From Marsupella aquatica (lineage: Eukaryota > Plantae > Marchantiophyta): DNA of 64,000 nucleotides. The DNA lies in NCBI GenBank assembly GCA_973895155.1, contig OZ316898.1, positions 5,133,079 to 5,197,078 on the forward strand, written 5' to 3'. A program made the position numbers and the translations under genes. Below, piece after piece: positions 47,885-61,451 of the stretch (its first letter is position 1; each line of letters opens with the position of its first letter). The notes under the pieces were generated by a model. It was not told the DNA's origin and did not search any database. It saw only the letters and a list, made by a program, of their open reading frames with translations.

Positions 47885-50800
47885 TGTGAGATAAGGATGT
47901 TTATGAGAGAAGGGTTAACTAGCCATAAATTTTTGAATTTTTAAGTTTAAGATCTCAAGTGAGGCTAAAGAGGGACCTGAAGACTACTATGAAGTGTTAT
48001 GAGACTTTCAAGCCCATCTGAGGTCAACCCGGATTGATATTAGAGAAGGAGGATCGACCCGGAACTTTTTGTTATAAACCTGGAATGTGATATAAAGCTT
48101 ATACCGAGACTCTACTCAACAACAGCTGTCCATTGCCAAAGTTTTTAAAACCATAAGTCAAACATAGGCACGACCACAGCAGAATCCGGATATAAGGAAG
48201 GAGAGTCGATCCGGCCTCTCACACCTCTCAAAGCCGAACTTAGTAGGTTTTGAGTTCCCGAGCGCATTAGGCTATTAAAGCAGTAGAGTGAGGAGGCTCT
48301 ACCCTTTTGGTAGAGGATCTTGGGTCCGGATTATAGGACCAATCTTGAATTTATTGATGAGAGCCTAGATATGAGGGTACTGACTGATTCGTTGTGAGGG
48401 GAATGCCTACTCCGCCGCTGGGAGTGAAGGCAGGAAGTTTGAGATTCTGATCGTGCATACATCGGTGATGAGAATGAAGGCCAGGTCTATCCGGACATCC
48501 ACATTGTAGGCCCGTTTGAGTCTATCTTTGCCCCACGTTCGATGCACCTGAATTTTGATTGACGGGATCTTGATCAACGTTTCCAGAAGCGCTTGTCAGT
48601 TGATCAGAAACGCCGTAGCCAGGTCGACCCGGACATTTCTACCATTGGTCGACACCGAAGCGATTGACCATTCTGAAGTCGCAGCATTGTAGAGCTCGCC
48701 GACAAGGAGGGAGGCCATTTATTGGGAATCCATTTTCTGCTTCGATAAGTCCTATGGAGCAAGGGACGGATCCAGCCGGAATGTCCACTTCTCGCGTCTC
48801 TAAGGGGCATTCAACCTCAACATCACCTGCACCTACTCCGGTTAAAGCCCCTGTGAGACGATCAAAGAGAAAGGAGGTCCCTATTGCCATGAAAATTCTG
48901 AGGCCAGTTATTCCGGACAGTGAAGCTGAGAAGGTCAAACTGAGGGAGTCTTTGCTCAGGATGGGCTGTGAGTCTCTGATGGAGCTACCTTGGAGTTATC
49001 AGAGCGAAGATATGATCAGAGAGATCCGATCTAAGGAGTATCCGGCTGAGTTTAAGGATACCTTCAGAGGCCGACCTGAGCGATGGACTCAGATGATGAT
49101 TGCAGGAGCTTTTGTATTGGAATGAAGGAGAAGGTCCAGTGGGAAGAGCTGTCAACCTAATCCTTCCTTACTTCAAAGGAGCCATCAACAGTAAGGACGG
49201 GTTCAATGTTTCTAAGTGTTTGGATCCTGACCTGAGACGAGTCTTCAGCTTTCTGCTACCCCTGCTGTACCCTGAGAAGCCAAGAAGAGTTATTGTTGGA
49301 GTTGGCTCTACCATTGTTGCTGCTTACAAGGGAGAAAGAAAAGTCAACTGGGCTAAGCTTATCTTTGATTTGATAAGGAAGTTGGTACAGAACCTATTCA
49401 ACAAGAGTCCTACTCCCCTCTCCTGCTACCTGGTACATCTATATAGCTTTGAAGGAGTTTTGTTCAGAGAGGAGAAGAAATTACTATTGGCCAAGTACAA
49501 CTTCATCAAGTATGGAGAGACAGATCCAGATATCACCAAGGCCACCTCTGATGACAGTGAGGGTGAGGAACTAGCAGAGACAAATCCTCGAAAGACCCGA
49601 TCTGCTGCCCGGAACCTCGACCCGGACTTTTCCGACCCGGCCTTCGTCGACCCGGCTGAATGTCTGGATGCACCCGGCCATGCCTCCCAAGATACCCTAG
49701 CTGATTTCCAGATCATCTCAGACACGTTCCAGAAGGTGAAGAGGAAGACCACTGTGATGGAGAAGGTCATCACCGACATTTCGCAGAAGCTAGGAGTGAA
49801 ACCAGGGCAGATTCTTGAGAAGATCTCCACCATGAGTGATGCCACAGATAAGAAGAAGTTGGAGAAGGAGAATGAGTTCCTCAAGAAGAAGGTATCTGAA
49901 CTCAAATAGCAGTTGGAAAGGAGTAAGAAGAAGAATGAGCTTGAGCATACTCTCCAACTCAGTATCACTCAATCTTTGGATCTGATTGAGCCTTTGACTA
50001 AGATAGCTTCTCTGGATCTTCTTAAGGCCCAAATTTATGATGAGTATTTGGCCAAGAACACCACACCCATCCTTTTCTCCAAGATTAACCATTTAGTGGT
50101 AGATGTGAGTACCAAGGTGGATGATGCACTTACAGGCCTCTCAAAGACCTGTGAAGCCTTAAGGGAGATGAGTGACTTGACTACAGAGGAGCTATTAGCT
50201 GATACTGAGATTCCTCCCTTTACTACCAGATCTTTCTCTCCTAGTCCTCATGAAAGAGTCTATTCCACTGGCCCCTCATCACCCCTCAACCCTCCTGGTT
50301 TCCCCACTCCCAGTACACACTTCCACTCCCATTCTTACACCTATTCTCATGACCCAAGTGCCCATCAGGAGAACATGGATATTGACCCGTCCATCCCTTT
50401 TACCACTGGCCAGCAAGGAGTTTTCCTTCGACCAGAACCCCTTGCTATGGCTAACCCCGAGTAGGTTCCTTCCCAAAAGCTAGGACCAGAATAGAGTTAT
50501 ATTTAGAGAGTTAGAGCCACATTAGTTTAGACTTAGAAATATCTATATAGATTAGTATATGAGTAAGTAGACTCCAGTATTTTGTTGATGTATCCATTGG
50601 AGACTCTACTCCATTTTTTATTAGGATAGTTCACTTTTATTTACATATTTCTTTAGACTTGGGTTTTTGAAGAGACATGTCTTTTCATAATCTCCACTTT
50701 TAGTACAAAAGGAGGAGAACCCAAAGTCAACAGAGAGAGAGAAAATATACATTTGATTTCCTCATTGCCTTTGAAGGAATCTATGTCTTTCTTCCCTTCC

Positions 50801-51483
50801 TTTTTACCATGGTTGAGTAAAAGGAAGAAGTTTAGCAACCCTTGAGTTGTTGTGAAATGTTCAATGAATGCTAGAGTGTGCCTATAATGATATTGGAAGA
50901 TCAATGAGATTTGTGACCAATACATTTGGAAGATTCACCAAAGAGGAAATTGACATTTGCACAAAACTCAACCAAGCAATCTTAAGGATTGTAGGAGAAG
51001 TAAGCCGATTCGAGTATCCTAGTACCGTCCTCAACAGGACCAGAAAAGTATCCCGGGTTGATTTACGTTCATATCTTCTAAATTCAAGAGATGGAGAAGA
51101 GTTGCTACGAGAAATCAAAAAGCATAGAAAATGTTGATTTCTGAATCTTAAATTAGGCCATAATCCTTATTGAAGGAGTGGTGATGGTCAGAAATTCAAT
51201 TCCCTTGCACTTTGAAAACTCCTATCTACTCTCTCTCTAGTTTCAATCTTTGTTAATTCTAGTCTTTATTATTGCACTGTGAATCCTAAGGATTACCCAC
51301 TTGAGTTTGTGGTTAAACACTTATGTTAAGGAGATCATTAGAAATCTCTCCAACCTAAGAATATTGGTGTAAACTTCTCAAATTGTGTTAATTAGGTCTT
51401 TTCGATCTTATCCACTCCTAACCGGAACAAAATCGATTTGTTAAGGAATAAATAGTCATTTATCTCTTTATCACCTTGCTACA
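47885..51483 (+). mobile_element. Solo LTR, 3,599 bp, from a different family, with an internal ORF
   Basis: TGT...ACA termini and 5-bp TSD ACCGC (47880-47884, 51484-51488). Absent from the 5' LTR. No gag, pol or internal LTR pair seen. Confidence 0.88.
48664..50464 (+). pseudogene. Solo-LTR-encoded ORF (about 570-600 aa; one frameshift near 49115, one stop at 49907): plant-transposon-type domain plus coiled coil
   Basis: LLRMGCESLMELPW...EDMIRE...FRGRP..WT...AF.L / KDGF....C.DP..RRVF.FL.P.LYPEKP.R...KVNWA...TPLS.YL.HLY. Confidence 0.8.
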
Positions 51484-52788
51484 ACCGCCCTAGCCGAGCA
51501 GGCCAAAGCTGGGAACGAGGCCGAGATTGCATGACTCCGGAACCAGATTGACAGTTTGAAGAATCAAACTGTCATCTGGCAGAAAGACCTGGAGGAGGCC
51601 GAAGAACGGGCCCAGCGGGACACTGCGGAGATAGCCATGCTACAGGCCGAAGTGGCGCGGCTCCAAACCAAAGCCGAGAAGCAGGACCAGCTGGCGGGCA
51701 AGCTGACGAGCAACGCCCAGCAGCTGGAGGAGGCATGCTAGGAGGCAGCAAAGGAGACAGACGCGGCGAAGCGAGAGAACGAATCTCTGCTGGACCAGGT
51801 CCAGCTCCTCAAGGCGGACAACGATAGACTTCGTAAGCAGCGGGATGGCCGCTCCCACTCGGGCGGCTCTGGCAAGCGTGCCAGGCATTAGCGGCGGAGT
51901 AGGAATAGAATAGGGTTAGGAATAGCTAAGTCAGGCTATTGGGACAAGCACCTGCCTTAGTTACAGCAGCACTGCCATGCTATCCAGCCTGCGTAGATTA
52001 GGATCTTCTAATAAGACACAACCGTTTTTTGGCCTAATAGTCAGATTAGTTAGGACCTAAGTCAGCGAATCTTCGGGCGGGAGGACGCTCCATTCCTCGG
52101 CCCTTAGTATTTAGTGCACCCCTCGGTAGAGGCAGGGGGGTTTTTAGTCTCAGAGTTGGACATCCGTGGTATGTGCGAGGAGTCCCGACCTCTGGGAGTG
52201 AAAGAGTACCAAGGGGAGGGGGTAGGACTAAGCTCGCCGGGCGAGTGCGGAGCCGGGCTCCGTTGTAGTGTACTCCCTCGGCCTTGAACCTGTTCATTCC
52301 AGAGCTGTCGGGTCAACCAAGTGTACGCACATGTCCCCTATGTAGTAAAATCCTTTCCCATTATTTCCTTCGTGTAAATCGAGATTGTATGCTTGTGCAC
52401 GTGTATGTGTGTGTGAATCTCGTGTATAGGTGACAACGTCGGGCCGAACGCACTACCCGAGTCGTGCACGGGGTGCAGCTTGCGGGTATGTGGTTGCGAG
52501 CACGAGTTGAGGACCTGTATCATAGAATCTGGATCAAAGGCGGACAACACGAAGGCTTAGAAGTCCTTAAGCCGGGGTTGATCCTGTTATCGACTAAGGT
52601 ACGTTCCGGCGGTGGAACACAAACCATACCTAGGAGATGTCTGTATCTAACAGTAGGCGCACTTAGCGCTAGTTTACGTGAATTAGGTGCATTACGTTCT
52701 TCCCTCCCTGCCCGAACCCTCATATTTACGAAGGAGGTGCCCGTTTAAAGTTGAAGCCCGAGGCCAAGGCTGATGACGTGACACTGAG

Positions 52789-54321
52789 TTAATGTCCTTT
52801 TTCATGAGAGCAAGGACCCCGGGTATGCAACTCCCCTTTTTATAAGGCAAGTTTTTAATTCCTTATAATGGCCTTATATCCAATTGACCATCTTAGATTT
52901 CATTTTAGTCTACTAAAGTCTTGTACCTCTGAACTCAAGGAATCCAAAAATGTAGCTTAAAAAAAAAACTAAACATCTTTTGATGTACAAAAAGTTGATC
53001 AAAACCAAATTATATGGGTTTTTTTTAATACAAGGGTCTACAGCCAAACTAGCCAGCTTTTTAGGATTTTTATTAAAATTTTAAAAATCTTTTAATAAAA
53101 ATTACAACATGTATAGGAATATTTTTTAATTTCATATGGAAAATGAAGAAAACCAAACCTTTTATATGACTTGAAAATTTTTTAAAGTGGAAAACCCAGG
53201 TTTTTTCAAATTTTAATTATTTTGTATAGCCAACTTTTTAGTCCATATAAAAATGTAGACCCCTGTGTATTATATAAGAGTTGTGTACCCGGGGCAAGGA
53301 CACCCAATGCAGTCCCACATTTTCTACAGGAGGTCCCAGATTTCAAAAACTACTTAGCTCCATTCATGTTGAAGGGCCCTGAGGCATTGGTGGGGCATTT
53401 AAAACCCAGACTGTTTAGGTTCTATGTTCATCATGATAGTATGCCATGCTTCCAATACAAAATGAAGTCAACTGATCAGGGATGGTTACCCAAGGAAGGT
53501 ATTGAAATGTGGTCATGGAAAGATGACAAAAGTCCTCACATCCCAATTGGGGTGCCCAAACGGCTACCAATGATGGAGTTGAAAATGCTTCCTGAAGTGC
53601 TGACAGGGTTGAAGAAGCATGTGTCATTCTTTGAGTTTATTCTAAAGCGAACAAAAGAGGAAGAACCAAAGCGACGTTGGACAACTCTCATCAATTATTG
53701 GAATGACATTGTAGATACTCTACAGGGTGAGCAGGTGCAATATGAACCTGAAGGTGCACACAACTTGGAATACGGGTTTTGGCCTTTATCAATATGGAGA
53801 GAGCACGTTCCACCAGAATATCAAAATGTGGCATGTGAGTTGGAGGCAACAGTGGATTATGTGGGACCAGCAAAAGATAAACCTCCTGAGAGTTTTAACC
53901 CTAGGGTTGATGTTGTGAAGGGCTGTTATGTGTTGGTACGGCCGGACGACTCAGACCTGGATGTTTATCCCGTCCATATGGGGTTAGTTGTTACATATGT
54001 GGTAGAAGGACCAGTGAATGAACAAAACCTTCTTACTCATGTATATATGTGGCATAGAGTGGTTTAGACCATTTATGGCAAAGAAGCAACGTGGTCAATC
54101 AGACTGGCAGCCAAGAGAGCGGTGGGCAGATTCTTGGGATAAGAAATGGAACGTGATCCAACTCCAATATACAAGGAAGCTGAGACAATAGATGTTTCCT
54201 CTGCCTTGTGGTGTTTCAAAGCACGCAAAAGACCAGTGACAGGGCTGGTAGGAATTCCAAAGAATGTTGCTATCAAGGCAAGAGACTATCTCTTGACATG
54301 CATAGCAAGTGACAAATCCTA
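52789..54321 (+). pseudogene. Sola-like transposase 3' part (interrupted by a MITE; frameshifts near 54055 and 54150)
   Basis: Removing the gypsy element and the MITE restores YSLPE-LMSFFMRARTPNAVPHFLQEVPDFKNYL...GHLKPRLFRFY. Confidence 0.8.
52818..53293. mobile_element. hAT-type MITE, 476 bp
   Basis: 16-bp TIR CCCGGGTA(TG/CA)CAACTC (14/16 match), 8-bp TSD GCAAGGAC (52810-52817, 53294-53301) and an AT-rich non-coding interior. Confidence 0.88.
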
Positions 54322-54399
54322 GACAGTAATGAAGCATGTAGTTTAGCATACAGTTTAAAAGGCAACTCAGAATAGTAGTAGCCAGAGAACTCAAGTTTA

Positions 54400-54945
54400 G
54401 ACAAGTCTTATCGTCTAAGTTAGTTAGTTGGTTAGTTTATTTAAGATATAATATTAGTTAGTGGGGCCTTAGTTTGGTGATATTAAGGCATGATATTATT
54501 GACATTCAAATGAATGTCCAGTAGACATTGTAATATACAACAATCCTATTAATAAATAATAATTATAGTTACACCTTCAAGTGAACTCAACTTTCAATGA
54601 TTTCTGATTTTATATGGTTCCATGCCTGATTGAGTCAAAGCAATAGAAACTAACTAATTAAAGGGTGATACTATGATTGTAGGTCACGCACCCTGGTGCG
54701 TGTCAATCTTTTTTTGTATTCAACCCTATAGTAATTAAATAGACAAGTTAGTTAGTTGGTTAGTTTATTTAAGATATAATATTAGTTAGACAGTGGGGCC
54801 TTAGTTTGGTGATATTAAGGCATGATATTATTGACATTCAAATGATTGTCCAGTAGACATTGTAATATACAACAATCCTATTAATTGTTGTAAAGGGTGG
54901 TCAATATTTTTTGTATTCAACCCTATAGTAATTAAATAGACAATT
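54400..54945. repeat. Local duplications downstream of the transposase (about 54418-54552 vs 54745-54884; 54710-54745 vs 54908-54943)
   Basis: Near-identical repeated blocks. Confidence 0.8.
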
Positions 54946-55590
54946 GAAACAATGAATGACAGTTTAATTAAGGATTTGTGCATGGATCAAGAGGTACTTG
55001 ATGTCATTTAGTGATGCATTGTTATAAAGATCTTGCAACAAAACATTTGAAGTTTTTGACTATCCCACCAAATGTTAAAGAGGTTGATCATTCATTAACT
55101 TATAATATTTAGATAAAATTGGAATTAATCTAATACTTCAGTATTCCTTAAATTGGGGTTTGCAAGCACATTCAAGGATCAATGATGATCCCTCTACTTT
55201 CCATCAATGCGTAAGTGAGAACAAGATGTCATTTTTAATGTAAATAAAAATGTTCTATTTATCTTAGGCATTTTTTGTAATAATTATCAAAAGCTGTAAT
55301 ACACTATGGCACCAATTTATACCATGGTCGCCTTCAAAATTCCCGGGCCGTTTTGGGTGAAAAAATCAAAACCAGAAAAAATGGAACCAATAAGACAAAA
55401 AAACCCAATTGGAAACTCAAGCCATCACTTGGATTGCAGTGCCGCGATGTCAGCACATGCCGCGGCAACAACACCAAGCCATAGCAAGTCGCGACCCGCC
55501 ATGCCCAACTCGCAACTGCCGATGCTGGCTGGCTCCGCCCTCTGCCTCCCAGGCCCCCTTTTGCCTCCCCACTTTGTGGCCCCTCCTCTC

Positions 55591-55922
55591 TGTTAATGAT
55601 TGCTCTTAGTCTTGTGACTCATAGGTTACGGCACTTAGGCTAACCACAGTTAGGGTCTTAGTTGAGATTAGGTTAGTCGTGTGTGACCTTGTATATACCA
55701 GGGCTAGTGTAAGCCGCGAGTGTGTGGTGCTTACTCATTGTAACGGAGCAACTTGAGGAAGAGGGAGAGCATGTGTGTTCGTCTACTCTTGAAGTAAAGC
55801 TTGAGTGTTCGTGTGGACATAGCCTTGGAGAAGAGGTGAACCACGTAGAGATTGTGTCGACTACATGTGCATGGAATGAGTAATGATTGGATCGTCATGA
55901 AGGAAGACTTCATAGTTCAACA
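55591..55922. mobile_element. Small solo LTR, 332 bp
   Basis: TGTT...AACA termini and 5-bp TSD CTCTC (55586-55590, 55923-55927). Confidence 0.8.
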
Positions 55923-56044
55923 CTCTCAACTCCCTCCTTGCCCTCCTTTAAATTTATCCTTTTTAAAAGATTAAATTACAAAAACAATTTAAAAAATCAT
56001 TCTCATTTTGTTGTACTTTGGTGGTGGTTGTCGCCTCTCTTTGT

Positions 56045-56725
56045 GTCATGACATCTCTCACTTGACAAATGTTTTTTACGCAATGAGATGTTTCTAACAA
56101 AGATATATTTTGCACCAACATAATTTTTCAACTACATCTTTAGCACAACATCACCTATTACACATTGATGTCTTTCGCCGAACGATATCTTTAGTAAACT
56201 ACATCTTTTGCGCAACATCTTTTGAGCAACCACATATTTTACTTAACAACATTTTTTATTTAACAACACTGTAAAATAATGCAACGATGTATTTATCCAA
56301 CAACATCTTTTGTGCAATGGAGACTTCACAACATATATCACTCTCGATATCACTCACGACGTCACTTTACTTATGAACCATTTTGTACTTAACAACATAT
56401 ATCACTCAAGACATCACTTTACTTATGAACCATTTTGTACTTAACAACATATATCACTCACAACATCACTTTACTTATGAACCATTTTGTACTTAACACA
56501 TACTTTATATTTAACAATATCTTTTTTCTTAATGACATCTTGGGCGTAGTGATATCTTTTGTCTCAACGACATCTTTTTTCTTAACGACATCTTGGGCAA
56601 CACAACATCTTTTCTCTTAACGACATCTTGGGCGTCACGACATCTTGGGCGTCACGACATCTTTTCTCTTGACGACATCTTGGGCATCACGACATTTTTT
56701 TTCTTCACAACATCTTTTGTGCAAC
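56045..56725. repeat. Degenerate ACGACATCTT/ACAACATC minisatellite, including three ~52-bp units at 56360-56500
   Basis: Dozens of related 10-13-bp motifs. Confidence 0.75.
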
Positions 56726-56735
56726 GCACGGGTAT

Positions 56736-59700
56736 TGAGCTTGTTAATGAAATGATAATATATTATTTTCCTGTATGTGCACATTAGTCTTTTTGTGTGC
56801 ACATCCATCTTCTATGCACATATATTATGGTGGGGCCATAGTGCTTATATTTTTTGAATGTAAAAATTAGAAATTATTATAAAAAACTGGCATATACATA
56901 CATCATAGTCATGTCATGAGTTTCTCTCATGCACATGATGACCATAGAGTTACGGTCTAGACTCTAGAGGCTTCACTCTAGACCTAGGCTCTTAATTATA
57001 GACTAGAGGCTTCACTCTAAACTTAGGCTCTTAATTATAGATTTCAGTTCGCGCTTTTATATTAAGATAATTGGAGGCTTTGCACTTTATTGTAATATTG
57101 TATGTGTGCTGGTCAATTGAAAGTATATTAAATCTAAAGTTTTGATAATTGGAGGCTTTGCACTTTATTTTATTGTAATATTGTATGTGTGCTGGTCAAT
57201 TGAAAGTATATTAAATCTAAAGTTTTGAGCAGTTTGGTTTCTGAGTTTTTTAATCATCAGGATCTCTATGAACCCTCGATTCAAATACCTCGGGATGTGA
57301 GCGCCTTTGGGATCTGAGAACCCTATTGGTGCGCACTTGGCTTCATCAACAGTTGATCGACTGCATACGCGCGATCCAAGACCCATCATGGATTTTGCTA
57401 GACTCCACGAAGTCCACGACGGTTCTGCAGTCAAGCAGAGTGTCCCTAGTATGGCTCATTTGCCCGAGGAAAATAGTGTCCCTAGCATGATCTTTGTAAG
57501 CGTAGGAAATCATTTTGCTTAGAGATGTCCGAATCCAAGTCCCTAGAGAGGAGCCAAAAAAGGGATGTCCGTCTCTCTGTCTCCCTCCCCGTCTCTCATT
57601 TCACCCCTGATGCTGGTTTTCCCTTTCTAAAAACAAAGTTTACCAGAAACCTATAGCGGTGAAAACTATTTGGGTTGGTATCATGCGCTGCAGAGTAATT
57701 AATGCCTTTTATTGTAGGTAGTACATTCAACTACAAATACAGTAATCATCAATGGGGTCCACAATTTTATAGGAGATTACGGTAATTGGAGGCTTGGGTC
57801 AACGCCAATCCGCACCGAGGTGGGCATTTTCCCGAACCTCACGGCTTTGAAATGAATAAGTGTCTCAGCGCGGGTCAGAGGGAAACGTGTAGCCTTTCTA
57901 AAATGTATATTCTTCTTTTCTAAAATGCTTTTCTCTTTGTTTGTAATTTTAAGTGATGTCTGGAGTGTCCCCAGGGATAACCGCGTTACCTTTATGAAAC
58001 GCTGCTGGCCTGCACCGGGAAGGCACGCATGTTAGGACTGTTCAATAATTCCTTCAATCCATCTGACCATCTCTCCTCTGCCACCAACCTCAGGAGCAGG
58101 TTAGAAAAATGAAAAGAGAAGCCGTGTTTGAATCATTTTTCTTTATTTTTATTAGGTGTCTCAAAGCTTCATCTTTACACGTGGTGTAGGGCTAAGCTTT
58201 CTGGACTGGCCAGGCCTGGGCAGGCACGCATGTTAGCACCGTTCAATTTCTGCAATCCATCCTTGTGATTCATGGCTCATCTTTACACTTGATTTATGGA
58301 CGTAAATGTCTTTCACATTGGGTTGTATAAAAGGTTTTTATGATTGTTTTTCACTAACGTCTGCAATGATTAGAGAGTCTGTGTGATGATTACTCACAAA
58401 AGTTATGGATTACGAATTTGGTCTTTAACTTTTTTTCTCCCCAAGCTTAATCTAGTATTGAACCTAAAGCAACTTTTGGGGTTTGCACTGGGACAATTCT
58501 AATAGCATCGGTACCAGTACTCCCGATCGACCCCGCATCCGCATCAGAGTCGTTCAAGGTTGGGAGGAGGCTTTATCACCCTGCACCAGTGGATGGGATA
58601 TATTTTTTTCCGGCACAGACCCAATTCAAAATGATGAATGGCATTTCTGTTGCTTTCCCGGTCACCAAATGCGTTTTCCATGCCTTGACAAAACTCATTT
58701 AAGTTGCCTGCACTGCCACATGGTTACATGCTACATCAAGTCTTCACAATCCCTCCCTGTTGCCTCTCAAGCTTTGTGACAGGATTTGCCAGTAGAAGCT
58801 GAATCGAAACTAGAGGTGCAATCCATTTTTCTTTGGGGAGGGTGGGAAATTACAGGCTTGCATGGCCCCTCAAAGTTGTCCCATGCAGTGCATGCAGTCG
58901 TCAGGTCATTCCTATAGTAAAGGGCCTTCAAGAGTAACACATTATTGTCTACTGACCGATGGTTGAATCTCTTGTTACGACATTTCAAGGTAAAAAAGAT
59001 CCCCTTCACAGATATACTAGCCTGACTTGCGTTTCTCACCTGTTTTCTCACCCTGAAACTTGTACGTACGTACTAGGCACTCCTAGAGGCCTGCTTCACT
59101 CTAAATCATAGGCTCCATTAAATCCTATAGTAAGAGGCCTTCAATACTTATAGTTACACATGATCGATTGTCTACTGACTGATGGGTGGATCGTCCGTCA
59201 TCACATTTCAAGGCAAGAAGGACCGCATATACATATATACCAGCTTGACTGCCAGACGATTGCCTTCCCCACCTCTTGTCTTGCCCTGAAATTTGCAACC
59301 AGTTACTTTCAGAGGCTTCAATCTAGACCCCCGTCTATACCATGCATAGGCTCCAGCTCTAGAGTGTGGAGGTTTTACTCTCGTCCATAGGCTCCAAAGA
59401 GTGGAGCTTTCATACCGAGCTTTGGTATACACGACAAGAAAGTTAAATAAAGTTCATGAAGGGAGTAAGCAGATGCTGCACTTCAGGTAAAGTAACTAAC
59501 TACATTGTACTAATATTTGGTAATTAAACAACTATTTAAATTTGCGATTGGTCAGAGTACGTTGTCAGTAAAACACATTGTAATCTGCATAGATAAGCTT
59601 ACTATAATTCAGATTGCGCAAGTTTGATCTATGCATTACGAGACATTGATCACTTCCAGATCATCTATTGCGAGTTTTTTTCCTCCGCGAAAAACAGAGA

Positions 59701-61451
59701 AGAATTCATCAACCGACTTATCGCGCGTCAGCTCTGCTACTGTGTACAAGTTGGCAGAAGACGTCAGCTAAGAATTGAGCTAGGCTTGAAACAGGAAGGG
59801 GAGACGAAAAAGTACCTGTGGCTGAAAAAGAGACTCTGTCCCACTACCTTGTGCACTAATAGTTGAAAACTATTGTTGCCCAGCAATGTCGGGTTGAACC
59901 TCAAAATAACATCATTATGTGCAATGCCACATTGATGGATTCAACTCTGGGTACTTTACAGGTGGTCCACGAACTAATTACTCAAAGGAAACGAAAGCCG
60001 CATCGAACTTTTGCTCATCCCTGTTTTAACGGTTTTTTCAGCCAGATGGTTCACCAGTTGGTGGGCATCAGAATCATTCAAATCTTGCAAATCTGGATCT
60101 GACTGCCTAGACTGGGAGGAGGCATATATGATTATATTCCCTTTTCACGTGGGCAAGTCGCGGGAAAATAGGTATCCGGTCAAAGAGTCAAGAAATTGTC
60201 ATTGACCTGAATGGAAATTTCTGGTCATCTTCTGCTTCAATCTGGATTTGAATTTTTCTAACTTTTGATGATTAAATTGATGTCCACTTTTTTGCTAGTA
60301 ATCTGTTCTGCGGTTGTGTTTTAAGTTGAAAGTTTTCTTGTAGCATTTGCTAACGAGTAGCATCTTTCTGTACCAAAATTTGATGAAGCTGATACCATTG
60401 CTAGGATCAATTGCTCAAATGATTGCTTCCATGGGAGGACTTCAGGAGTGGTTGCCTTTGCACCACCAAAATTAATCGTGGTCCGTGTTGACAACTGACC
60501 CCATAATTTGCGTCATCTTTCCACCGGTCACTCAAGTCATTCTCGGTGGTTATTTGTTAGAAGAATATCTTGGGCTCATCAGAAAAGTCGATCAATCATT
60601 TTTCCTTCCAATTAATTAGGGCTCTAGAGTTGTGTCTGCTGCGGGGAAGTTGAAATCTTGAAGGGCAGAGAAGAAAAGATTCATTTGATTAGTTTGCCAC
60701 TTTGAATTGCCTCAAAGCTTACAGGTAGATAATCTAACGGGTTTCCGCTGTCGGTGATATTTTGCTAGTTCCGGGTTGCTTGCGTAATTTGTGCTTTCTC
60801 TCGGATTTGGAGCTCGATGATAGTTTACTTTTGTTCCCTGAGTTTCCCGTGTAAAGAAGTTTGACGTTCGGCAGTGTGGTGTTATGACACAGTCCAGGAA
60901 GTTGCTGGGCCAAGGCTACTCAATTATTCTCGCTGTCATTCAGAAACTTAATGGCAACCCACTGTTGCTCATGGTGGAACCCAAAACGAAAAACTGTGCG
61001 TCTTTGGTAGTGATAAACTCGCTGGCACGGGCGGATCGAGTCTGATTGATGCTGACGATAAAGTGGGAGGTTCTCCATAAAAGGAAGTGAGCCAATTGTG
61101 TGTAATAAGTATGATCCTGGTCATCACAAGCCCTGATCTCCATCTTACTAATAAAGCTCAACCTACTCTTCACAAGCTAGGGTCTAGAGTGAAACCTCTA
61201 GATTGTAACTTCTAAATATTTTCAACTGCAGCCTACTCTTCACAACAGGCAAGGGTCTAGAGTGAAACCTCTAGATTGTAACTTCTAAATATTTACATTC
61301 AAACAATATAGGTAATATGGCCCCACCACAACATATGTACATAGAACATGGATGTGCATACAAAAAGCGTGATGTGCACATAAGGAGAATTATATATTAT
61401 ATATGATTATTAAAATGATGATTTTTTTTTTATCATTTCATTAAACTTCAA
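56736..61451. mobile_element. Degenerate long-TIR (Mutator/foldback-like) element, about 4.7 kb
   Basis: 56744-56840 is the inverted complement of 61317-61444, and TCTAGAGG(C/T)TTCACTCTAGA motifs are mirrored at 56963-57020 and 61183-61275. No TSD identified. Confidence 0.6.

Larger units (their letters stand above)
33282..52783 (+). mobile_element. Ty3/gypsy LTR retrotransposon (non-chromovirus, Athila/Tat-like pol) with 4-kb coding LTRs
   Basis: 5-bp TSD CTGAG (33277-33281, 52784-52788), TGT...ACA LTRs, PBS, PPT and domain order gag-PR-RT-RH-INT. Confidence 0.96.
45182..52783 (+). repeat. 3' LTR, interrupted by a solo LTR; carries the second copy of the LTR-encoded ORF (45649-47884 + 51489-51890)
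   Basis: Homologous to 33282-37296 on both sides of the insertion. Confidence 0.95.

Noticed and set aside
33282-52783. 4-kb direct repeat as a segmental duplication or assembly artefact
   Set aside because: TG..CA ends, TSD, PBS, PPT and dispersed substitutions identify the repeats as LTRs.
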